Shown here: piece by piece, positions 1 through 12,918 of the stretch
Layout of the letters: each line of letters starts with the position of its first letter
Numbering within the stretch: the stretch's first letter is position 1
Assembly (NCBI GenBank): GCA_012295275.1
Contig: CM022675.1
Coordinates: 1,798,001-1,862,000 of the forward strand
DNA length: 64,000 bases
Direction: 5' to 3'
Source: Chrysomallon squamiferum
Taxonomy: Eukaryota; Animalia; Mollusca
Position numbers and translations under genes: made by a program
The notes under the pieces: model-generated
Seen by the model: only the letters and a program-made list of their open reading frames with translations
Database searches by the model: none
Told to the model about the DNA's origin: nothing

Positions 1-530
1 ATTATTATTATTATTATTATTATAACTTTGTCCGAATTAATAAACAAAGCAAAACTACCTTACTACATTATAATTCTAACTAGGTATGTAGCAACAGAAC
101 AGACTAAGTTTATAAACAGGCAGATTATCTGAACTTTTGGTGGCACCTTAACACGTGACAGCATGACCTATCAGCAAAGACTACACAGAATCACTTGATA
201 TCATAGTTTGATCATCATAATTGTACAGGATTATAATTACAGGATCTATAAGTACTTGGTTACGTAGTGAAAATGTAATTTCATTGAGTAATTATAATAC
301 TTACGAACTGTGTGTGTGTGTATATATATACAGTTAAACTATGAATTTCAAAAGCCTAAGTTTTTTATTTAAATCTCTTCAGATAGTTTGACAGCGAAAT
401 TATATATGTATTTATTGATGTTGATAAGGCTATCTCTTAATGAAAGGAAATTACAAACAAAAGTTATTATCTGATACGTGTTACATTGATGATTCTGTAT
501 TAATTCACTGACACGTGGAAAGTGATAAAA

Positions 531-574
<44 letters not shown>

Positions 575-1001
575 CTATGTGTGTCCTTTATTCTATTTCA
601 TATATTATTTATTTTTATTACTTATTGTATTGTACTTCCATTATTCTTTTCAGATAAAAGTAGTTAAGAGTTCTCAGTTCTAACTATAAAACTGTTTTGA
701 AGAAAGCATTAAGTAAATAATAAACATATTTGAAATGTCTTAACGTCGCCATCTTCCAGTAGCATAAAAACTCGACCAATGGATACCGGCACTCAGCTGT
801 GACAACAGTAGTCTCCCTTGTTATGTCTCGACATATATTTAGTTTAGTTTTGTCTGTTGTTAAATGAAGCAACAAACATGTCTGCCATTTTCTTGTCATC
901 TCTAAACGGATCTTTGTTATAGTAAATTAATTCACAGTTGTCTTTTCTCTTTAGTGCTGCACATATAGAGGTATACTGCTACTTCTTATAATAATAATAC
1001 C

Positions 1002-1055
<54 letters not shown>

Positions 1056-1861
1056 TCGTTCAGTTGCTGCTGCTGGTACTAATAACACTCCTATTACTAC
1101 TACGACTACTGTTAAAACTACTGTTACACTTGATGGTAATGGACGAAAAACACTTCTTGAAAGATTTCACTATAAGTGTGTGTATTGACAATATTAAACT
1201 GGAGAACAAAATAAGTTGAAAAATCAGAGATAGAGTAACAACAAAGAGAAAACTGAACAGAGAAATTAATTAGAAGACAAATTCCTTTCTTCTTAAAACT
1301 CAATTCATAATTATCTTCAATAACAATGTATAGTTATAATCAGTAACGGTATGAAATAATATCACTTGATATCAAGTGATTCTCTGCAGTCTTTACTGAT
1401 AGCTCGTTGTGTAAGTACAGTAATCTAAACTAGAAAACAGTAAGGAAAAACATCGTTATATGCATGAAGTAATATGATAATTACAACAAGAACCTTCATC
1501 TTGGAAATAGCAGGGAAAAAGCTTTTCTTCTGTCATGAATTTATACAACAAGCCGAATACCCCAAATATAGTATTAATAATAATTATATAGACATAAAAT
1601 AAATCTCAACTAATATCTACGACATATTACAGAAAACAAAGTACATGAGATGCACCCCAATAAGCTTTATTCAAACTATTGCAAATATATAAAAAACAAA
1701 AAAAAGTTAATAAATCAATTAAAAGAAATAAAAAAATACTAATACAGCTACAGGAATACGAAATGAGGCAACGAAAGAACGAGGACAAAATAATAATAAT
1801 AAAACTAAATGTAAACATAGCAATAACAGTAATAATTATAATAATAATAATAATAAAACAA

Positions 1862-1912
<51 letters not shown>

Positions 1913-2037
1913 CGAATCATGCCAAGCGAAATGAAAAAAAGCAAGAAAAAAAAGAAAAGAAAAAAGAAAGGTATAATAGAAATGAATGCATAAATAATAA
2001 AAGCAGTAACACTTTAAAAAGAAATGAACTAATTTCA

Positions 2038-2093
<56 letters not shown>

Positions 2094-2230
2094 GGCAACG
2101 CCAAAAGATCAAAGCAAAACCTTTTCTTTTTATGCCAGGTCAAGGAAAAGAAAGAAAAGTATTGCGTATATTACAAAACAATTTGGATTTCAGTAATCCA
2201 AGCTACAGCTCAAGGAGAAAGTAAACCGCA

Positions 2231-2292
<62 letters not shown>

Positions 2293-2539
2293 AATAATAG
2301 TAAAAATAACTAGAACAAAATAAACAGTAAAATAAAACAAACAAAGAAGTAATAAAAAAATAACAATAATAAAATAAGAAAAATATTAAATATAGGAAGA
2401 AAAGCAAAACGAAATTTGGAAGAAAATTAAATCTGAAGATAGAGAATTTGTTTTTATTTTCATAAAATCTTAAATTATAAATAAATAAATAAAATAAAAC
2501 AATAAATAAATAAGTAAGTAATGGAAACAAATAATACTG

Positions 2540-2582
<43 letters not shown>

Positions 2583-2797
2583 TTACAACAACAATAAAAT
2601 AAAAATGTGAAGAAAGAAAAAGAAAGAATGAAAAAGAAAGAAAAAACAAAAGAAGACAAATAATTATCAAAACGTAATGTACTAGTAACTAATGCTAAAG
2701 CAAAGAAAATTTTAAACAAAAGCTATTTTATCTAAAAGTAAAAACAGTTTTTAACTTCAGTTTAGTACTAAAGTGTATGAAATGTTTGTCAGGTTAA

Positions 2798-2985
2798 CTA
2801 AATGTGATGGTTGTTGACATCTTCCTTCTTCAGACTGGAATTTTTCTTCCTCAGGAAGACGACCACCACAATCCCAATGACAAGTGAGAAGATGATCACC
2901 AAGATAAAACAGAGAACAATCAGAATCGTGGTGTTGATACCAAATTGATCAGATCCATGTTCTTCACCTGATGTCTCTGAGATAC
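2798..2985 (-). CDS. copy 1 last exon: TM helix and short tail
   Basis: [42 protein letters not shown]. Confidence 0.85.
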
Positions 2986-3395
2986 CTAGAAAGTAGTAAT
3001 ATTGTTAAACGTCAGATTTTGGGAACCTTTCTTCCAGCTAATATATATGAACGAAAATCTCCATTTAACTGTTTGTTTAATATGACATAAACGAAAAATT
3101 TAACTGTTTGTTTAATATGACAAAACTAATCGCAAATACGATTACAATTAAAGAAAACAAACAAACTCACTCGGTGTTCGATCTTCTACAATCACGTCCA
3201 GGACAGTAAATGTTTTTCTGACAAGTTCATCAGACGTTTCAGCAGATCTTCGTTTTCTTCCAGACTCTGCCTTCCCGTTGCAGTCCACCTGAAATTATAA
3301 AGATGAATGTGAAATTTGATTGTCTGATTTCTGATTTTGCGGAAAACGTTCAGCATTTCTCCTACTTGAAACAAATATAGCCATTGAGAGAATGA

Positions 3396-3426
<31 letters not shown>

Positions 3427-6400
3427 TAAATAATAATAATAATAATAAAATAAATCATCAACACGGAAATGACTGTTGTCTTCAAGTATTGTTAGTAACC
3501 TAATCAGAATTATTTATTTTTGCATTTACTGAATACATTGCGTAAAATCCTCGCATCACGAAACAATAAATAAATAAATAAATAAATATATAAATTAACT
3601 AATTAATTTTAATAATAATAAAACAGGTTTAGTACAACCGACGCAAAAGTTTGATTAGTAATGTTAAAACTTACAGGGTCACACTGAGATTTTTGATCTG
3701 GAGGACAAACTTTGACTGAACATTCTGTAGAGACTACATTGTTTTTGTTAAAGGTGAAAGCTTTCAACTTGAATGTGACGTTGTTTCCAGAACCTTCAGG
3801 TTCCTGTATCATCAGTTTACCGATCTCAGACGAAGGACAGCTGAAGAAAGAAACACAATTATCAACAAGTAACGACTAAACTTCATTTCTGTGTGACTAT
3901 TTTAAGCTGCATCGTTCTGATTGAACAGGTGATGTGATAAAATGCAGATTGTATAATTATAACTTTGTACGCTGATGTTACTTTGATGACTGGATGACTG
4001 ATAACAAAGGACTGATTATATTGTTAAATGATACTGTTTCAATAAATGGTGGGTCAACCTATAAATGAAGATATTGTTTTCACGGAGTAGAAGTCTAACT
4101 GTTGAACCATGTCGGTGAAGGTAATTCTAAGACTATTTTATACATATGAATAATTATTATATTCTGACGAAAAAATGAAATCCTAGAAATAGTCTTCCCT
4201 CCTCAACACAAGTAATATCCATATTTCTGTTTGCGGCTAAGAAAGTATTACATTCTAAATAGTTTTAATAATAAAATATTACCTGTTTTCAATGATTTTC
4301 AAAGTTTCACTATCGTCTCCAGTTTTCTGATTATCTGCAGTGCATGATTCTATTCTGAGGGTGGCTGATTCTGTCTCTGTTCAAAATATAATAGGATATT
4401 ACAATTTGTAAAGGGTGTCATCAAAAAACAAATTATGTTCTTTGCTAGAATTAGTATTATTTAAAAATCAAGTTTTATTCAAAGCTCTGTAAATCAAATA
4501 GTTTTGTATCTCTGGAGTTAAATAACGTTAGCTAGTATCTAAATTTGAACACGTTACTAATAGTTAATACTTTTCCATTTAACTCTCATTTCTGTGTTAT
4601 TCTGATTGGTGATATTCAAAGAAAATGATGGAAGATTTTTGAATATGTTAATATATAGTGACTGACACAAATATATTTACAGAGGAAACGAATATTTAAT
4701 GTTTTTTTTTTTTTTTTTTTTTTTATAAACAAACTTAACTACGAGAAAAGAAAAAAAACAACAGAAGTGTTTCATATTTCCATTAATTATTTCAAAATTC
4801 ATTCAATTAATAATATGGTACTAAAATTCATACATGTCTTTCTGTTCTGTCTTTTTCTTTAATATATTATTATTATTATTATTATTATTATATGTTTAAC
4901 GCCTTTAAATAAATGTTTCACTTCTATTTATTTACTTTTTATTTTGTTTTCATTAATTTCAAAACTCCGAATGTGAAATCGAAAAAGTGGCTTGTGTTGA
5001 ATCTATCTTAAGAAAATCTGATACAGGAAATGACTTAAACCCTAACACATAAATCTGTAAATAAAAAATATTATGAGTAATAGTTTCTGTTAAACACGAA
5101 ATTATTAAAACTAGAAAGTTAATCTTTATCAGTTGTTTAGAGTTACCTGCGCATTTCACACCAGCATCGTTTTCATGTTTACAGTCAGAGTTACCCCATT
5201 GAAAATTACACTGTTCAAAACTTGTTTCATTTCCTAAACAGTGAATATAATTGAGAAAGATAGGTCCTGATCCTTCTCCAAAATAAGCATTACCAACGGC
5301 TGTTGCATTTGAACTGTAAAACATATTTTATACCATATTTGAAAAATGTTAGACACAATGTTTTACTGTTAAAATATGTCGTTTCTATACACTAGTGATA
5401 AAAGAGGCAATTTTAATTTTCATCAATAAAAATACAGTTAGTATTTCCACGGAAACACATTTTATTTTTTTATTTTCTTTGTTCCTTTTGGTTTTTGAGG
5501 CCTTGAAAGATAAATTTTAAAAAATGAAAGAAAAAACAATATATATTGGAAGATTTATTTAAAATGGAAATTGCTCGATTTAGAAAATGACAAAACTAAA
5601 AATTATGTCATGCTGATAAAAGATATGAAACATTTATATCAGCTACTTACACAGTGAAATCGAACATTTAGGTTTAAATATAATAATCATTATTAATATC
5701 TTACTTTGTGTTACCCCACATTCTGCAGTAAACAGCTGTTATAATAATCATTATTAATAACTTACTTAGTAAAACCCAGCATTCTGCAGTAAACTGCTGC
5801 ATTGTAATCAGTATGATAGTGATGACAGACTGTGCCCCACATTCCAAGATATTTAATCTCTACTCGACCTTCTCGTTCTGATCTGCCTCCAACCAGACGA
5901 ATCTTAATTTCTGAATCTTCCTCTGAAGAAAGAAAGAAAACAATAATAAAATGATTGTCATATCGCACAATAAATATAAAATCTAGCACACCAGCATCTT
6001 TCAGTTAGCTTTTATGATATCACTTATTTCGTGTTTGCGTTGTGTCTAAGACAATCAACGCTGTATTGAAAATAGCAAATGAAAAAAAATAAAAGCAATA
6101 CAAATCTGTTCTAAAATATATTACCTCCACACAGCAAGCCTGTAAACTTAGTTTTTTCACTGGGGTCTAGATTAAAGTTAAACTGACACTGGTTAATATT
6201 AGTTTCCTTTATTCCACAGGTTACATCTGATGTCCAGATTTTTGTGCTGTTTGAAGTCAAATTGTGCTCTTGCGGAGTCAGTAGTATTGCTGTGTAACTT
6301 CTTTAGGCAAATAAATAAATAGAGAAAATCAAACAATTAAAATATATAAATACATACCAAACTGTTACATACTTGTTGTGCTTTATTATTATTATTATTA

Positions 6401-7265
6401 TTATTGTTGTTGTTGTTGTTGTTGTTGTTATTATTAATTATTTTTATTTTTTATTATTATTTATTTATTCTTAGTTGTATTTTTTTATTCTCTATACATT
6501 TTTTTGTGATATTTTCTAAAATATTCTTCAGTGCGAGGAACTGCTGCGTGTTTTGAAGCCAAGTTGAATTGTTTCAATGTTGACTTACTCGTTATATCCA
6601 AGAGTTCTGCACATAACTTTAGCATCTGCTGGACTGATTTCTATATCGTACAGTCTGCCCCACTCATTGTCTTTTTTCAGTTCAACTACACCGTAGTTAC
6701 TGGTTGGGCCACCAACTAGTCGTAATTCATATTCTGATGTGTTATCTATAACCAAAAACATCAAATTAAATACAGTCAGAGATAGCACAGCTTTAACAAA
6801 TAGTTCAACCCTTCCCCATTTAACTTTTATTATTTGTGGAGTTCATGTTATTTCGTATAGTTTTGTTTCCTATGACCGCTAATTAACTGTATACATTCAC
6901 AACAAAACTGAAATAAGTTTTGATAGAATTGTCATAATTCTCGAACTGTGTGACAGTCAACATTATGGAAAATTACAAAGGAAATTAAACCAAACACATT
7001 AATTAAATTAAGTAATAAAACATGAAGCCTATTGTAAACTGATAGTTTTGACATGAATACCTGAACACTTGACATCTACAGACAGACAGTCTTTCGTTTC
7101 ATCGCGAAGTTTGAGAAGACATAGATGAAGACCAGGCTCGGAATTAGAACAATCAGCGATGTACTTCCATTTACTGCCAGTAACCTTTACACCACTAGTA
7201 GTAGGTTTACTTCTGTTAAGAAAAATATAATACATTTCTTAATGTTAGTTGATTACAGGTTAATA

Positions 7266-7338
<73 letters not shown>

Positions 7339-8275
7339 TCTACTATACGAGCAAACATTTTCCTTCTGAAAAATAGTTTCTTCTGTGTGTATTTGTAACA
7401 GATAGTAATACTGAAAGAAACATCAACGAACAATCATCAGTAGAGTAAGAGCGACAGAACATTTACTAAAAGATAAAACTAGATATTAATCAAAAACTCT
7501 AAAAATGATTTTCCATTTATTTAGAAAGGATAATCGCTCGTCTGCAGATCATTTACTTTTTTATCATGTATTTATAATCACTTAATGATTTTATCGACAT
7601 CAGTAAGAAAAAGCCATCGCCACCACCGACATCATCATCATCAATAACTTTTGTTAGTGTTATTTATTTGTTCATACATTAAATATGTTAACACTGAAGA
7701 TTGGAAAGGCGTACTAACGTTGCATAGCCCATTTGTCTGCACACAACTTCTGCCGCATCGGAATCTCTCGTCTTTTGTCTGACAAACCGATTTCCATTCT
7801 CCATCCTCCAATACCTCAAGTCTTCCGATGTTTTCACTGCTCCCACCCGCCAGCCGCAGTTCGTACGGTTTAGGGTTTTCTGTTACAGTGGAGAAAAATA
7901 CAACTTTTATTTAATTACAGTTATATATATTTATTTACTTATTTATTTATTTTTCTATTTCTTTATTATCGAAGATATAAATATTTATGTACAGTTTTGA
8001 TTGAATTCATATTTAGTGTATGCTGTTCCATTCATATTTCGTTTATTTTTATTTCTTACATTTTCACTGGTTTTTATTAATTTTATTTAAACTATCATAT
8101 TTTAGATTTTTACTGATGGAAAGAGCAAGAAAATAGAAACAAAAAGTAACAACTACGATATTTTCTGTTTCTTCTGTTATTCTTCATAATTAAACAGATT
8201 TACGTTTCGTAATACAAAAAAGTAAAAAAGAAAAAAGAAGCTAAGTAGTATTAGTAGTAGTAGTGGTAGTAGTAG

Positions 8276-8345
<70 letters not shown>

Positions 8346-10120
8346 AATAGTGATACTGACAATACTTTTTACCATCACATATAATTCCGACAGCATCACC
8401 ACTATCGCACTCATCACTGCATTCTGTAATATACCATCCATCACAATCATATACGTCCAGTTCATATCCATTGCACCAAAATAAACCTGAAAAGACTGGT
8501 CCACTTCCCACTGGGAAGAATCCTTTACCACGTGGCATACCATAGACACTGTTGAAAACAGTCATAGAAGTTTAACTGTAAGCCTAGTCTTATACTAATT
8601 GAATAGATGTAACTATGTTCTATGCAACAGAGTCGTTAATTTTCTTTAATCAGCTTCCATGACCTTGCACAGCGTATGTAAATGTATGTAGTGTATCATT
8701 CTTTATTGAATGATGTTATATTATATGAAATGAAAATAATGATTTTGGAAGAAAGACTTAATCATAATTTTGCAATACTAAACCTAATATAAGAAAGGAA
8801 TAAGAAAGAAAACAAAGAAAAATGAAGACAACGTTTTTCTCTTTTAATCTGATACTTTGGCTAAAAATGAAATGAGAACAGAAAATGCATACTATTTGTT
8901 TTCTGTAAGAAAATTGAATATTTATATAACTGTTTATCTCATGGGCATCTCTCTGCATAATCCCGAAAACGAATTAGAAATACTTCAATCATCCTGAAGC
9001 TCAGTGGAAATATCAAACACCACCACCAACAAGAACAACAGGTTTGTACAATAAACAGTCACTTTACAATGATCTCATTTGATTTTGTTATAATTTTTAC
9101 TAATAATATTTGGATATATGGGACAGACTAGTCCATCGTACGAATAAACTTTAAGAATTGTGCGGAGATTTTACACAATGTGACAGTTTAATTTAACACA
9201 TATAATGAAAGTAAAACTTCTCTTTCAGTTAGATGTGAATAATTAGTATATGCACTTGTGATAAACAGTTAAGTATATTCTGGCTGCAGTGGGAAATAAG
9301 AGAAAAATGTGAACTGATGAAGAGAACAATCACACCACACACTCTAGTCTCCCAGTGTTATATGCTTTCTTCTGAAACTGCGGTGAGACTTTTCAGTATA
9401 ATTATAAGTGACTTTTGAATACTGATGATGTGAAGTTAGTTGTCGTAGTGATGATGGTGTGAGAAAAGTAATACAGAGAACAATCAGTAGTGTTTGAAAT
9501 GTACTTACTTCATGTAACCGAGAGTCCTACAAATTGCAGTAGCATCAAAGACGTTAAATGAATAACAAAACACGCTCCCCCATTCACCTTGGTACAGAAC
9601 TTCTAATCGACCTTCTTTACTTGTATTACCACCAACTAGTCGCAAATCCACTTTATACAGAGAAAGAAAAAAAAAATATATATATATAGACATACAAACA
9701 CGGCTGTGTGAAAATATTGTAGTGAATTTTAAATATGAACAAACATAATTGGAGAACTGAATAGAGAAACCCTAGAAAACAAAGAGTCATTCACAATGTT
9801 AATCATTTCAGTAGAAACTTGATTCTATTTTGTTAAATTGTGGATAATGTTTAAGAAGTGTTTTAAAACAGTAATTTCTACACGGACAATGACAGAGTTC
9901 ATCATCTTGAACTCAGACTTAATGAGTATAGTTTTTATATAGTAAACAGAAATTACGTGGCTCAATGTCAGCAATCTTAGATTCCACTTCTGCCGATCCC
10001 GTTACATCTGAGAATAAAGAGAAAACTTTTCAAGTGAGTATGTTCCTGGGCCGAAAACTTACTTCAGAAACAAAGCAAATCAACATTAATTTATCACAGC
10101 AATTAATAATAATAATAATT

Positions 10121-10155
<35 letters not shown>

Positions 10156-10394
10156 GAAGTTCATTATGGAAACAACAATTTGTTCCTACTTGTAGAAAAT
10201 TCAAATGTAAGTTCTTCATCTAAAGATACAGCTTCTGATTCTGAAACTGAAGACCCGTCTTTGAGGTTGATGTTGAACTGTACAAAGTAGGAGTCTATTG
10301 AGTTGACTGTGTTTGTGATATTCTGTTGGAGTCTGCCATAAAAAAGAAAGTGTGGTGTGTATATATACATACATATATATATATATATATATAC

Positions 10395-10427
<33 letters not shown>

Positions 10428-10929
10428 CACACACAACTACTACTACTACTACTACTGATAATAAATATTTTAACAATAGGAGAAAATATTCGAAAATCTG
10501 ACGTGAAATCTCAATAAACTAATTTTAAAAAAATATAAAAAAAGCAACAAAAAACAATTATGGTAGTAGTAATGATGATAATAATGACAACAACGACTAC
10601 AACAACGAACCTTTCAAGTTCTTTGGTTCTTATCACTTTGGTGACAGTCACGATTACGGCATCATTGTTTTGTCCACGACAAGTGACACTGACTTTTGTA
10701 TCGAAGTTTGTCATGTACTTTTCACTGAACTGAACGATCACATCTCGAGTTCGACCTCCATTTAGCTTTAAAAACAAATCACTATTTACACTTTATGTTT
10801 AATATCACTTTCTAAAGAGACAACAACCAAATATATGTATGTATGTTTGTTTGTATGTATGTATGTACGTGTGTGTGCATATATATATATCTATATATCT
10901 ATATATATCTATATATCTATATATATCTA

Positions 10930-11011
<82 letters not shown>

Positions 11012-11431
11012 TATATATATATATATATTCATAACTTTTCCGCTGATATAAGAAGCCAACAGGCACAAGCAACATTAAATTTATTTTATTTAATCTTTTT
11101 ATACAAGTAACAACATATATAAACATAGTTCATAAAGAAAAGAAGTAAAATAAAAAATATAAAAATAACAGACAGAACTGACCTCAGTCACCCCTCCACA
11201 TTCACTGTCCTGAACACTGAGAGCCACACCTTGTTTCCCCGGGGGTAGGTCTGACGGCGCGAATTTGCAACTAGGCATGTTTCTTTCACCTTTAGCATAG
11301 ACGACACCACTGAATGTTACAGCAGGATTAATCACAATCAACATAGAACTTTCTTCACAGCTAAGTTCATCTGAAAATATTTCAATTAGCATTTGAAAGG
11401 AGGAACAACAACAACAACAACAATAATTATA

Positions 11432-11482
<51 letters not shown>

Positions 11483-11626
11483 CACAGGTCGGAAACAAAA
11501 TGTATTTGACATCAAATAATTACATCAAGTTTGAATTAAGATTAATTTATAATACGACATTATTTATTATAGACATAAATATTATCTAATTCTTGTTCTT
11601 TTACTTATTTGTTACAATTTTTATGA

Positions 11627-11669
<43 letters not shown>

Positions 11670-12110
11670 TAATATTATAACCATTTACTTTACTTTTCTG
11701 AGAGGCGAACAGTAAATTTAATAACACTGACATTAAACAAAAGAATCTGAATTTGATGTAAAACACAATCTCTCTCTCTCTCTCTCTGTCTCTCTCTGAA
11801 CACACACACACACACATACACACACAAACATACAGATAACTGGTCAAATCATTTTAATAAATTACATTATTAAAAATAGCAGGAATTACACCTATCCTTT
11901 ATTAGTACATACAAAACTGTGGTAGACATAAAGGTATTATTTTGTTAACTAATTTGAATCACTCACATCTTTTCTTTTCGCAGTGGTCACCATAGAAACC
12001 AGATGGACAGAAACACGCCTGGTTTCCATTATCATTGTAACAGATACCTCCATCAGAGCCACAAGAGTCAGTCTGATTGGTACACGGACTTGAACCACTC
12101 AAACCTGAAG

Positions 12111-12141
<31 letters not shown>

Positions 12142-12887
12142 AATCATAATAATACTAATACTAATACTAATACTAATACTAATAATAGTAGCAGGAGTAG
12201 TAGTAGTAGCAGTCGTAGTAGTAGTAGGAGTAGTAGTAATAATAATAAAAGATGAAGAGAAGGAAACATAAAGAGTGATTAGTGGTTGCACGTTTGTTTA
12301 CTTGGTTTTGTTTTGTTGTGTTGTGTTTCTTTTCAGCTGCACTTTCATATAAAACATTTCAGAAATTAAAATTTAAGAACGAAAAACTAAAAAAAAAACT
12401 CACTTGTTTCCAGGTCACAGTTGTAGCCAGTGTAGTCATTTCCACAGTCACAGGTGCCGTCATTTTGACAAGTTTTATTATTAGCACAATCCTGACCCTG
12501 TCGTCTGCAGTCGAAATACTCTTCACCTGTAAACAAGTACAACATTTTAACATAGGATAACTTTCATGACTGAAAATTGTTATTAAATAAAAGAAAAACA
12601 AAAATATATATATTGTGACATATTTTAGTTTAAATTCCAATAGAGGTAGTAGAAATAATAATAATACTAATAATAATAATAAGAAGAAGAAGAACAATAA
12701 CAACAACAACAACAACAATAGTAATAATAATACTACTACTACTAATAATAATAATAATAATAAAATAGAAGAGAATTGACATTAGGAAGAGTAATGTGGA
12801 GATAACCAGTAGATATATTGTGACTAATATTAAATAAAAAAGCAGCATATCGAAATTATACAGTCATCAACATTTTTGTTTCAGATT

Positions 12888-12918
<31 letters not shown>

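Noticed and set aside
684-899. Minus-strand ORF with AAGATGGCG (YY1-like/start context) at 747-755
   Set aside because: It could be the start of a neighbouring gene, but there is no recognisable protein, convincing donor or further exon in the window.
1627-2719. Poly-Ile/Leu/Tyr/Asn ORFs here and throughout the window
   Set aside because: They are translations of (AAT)n, (TAG)n, (CA)n and (TA)n microsatellites.
7719-7879. Programmed frameshifting or RNA editing to explain the indels
   Set aside because: The indels are at different positions in each paralog, there is no shared slippery site, and A-to-I editing does not correct indels.
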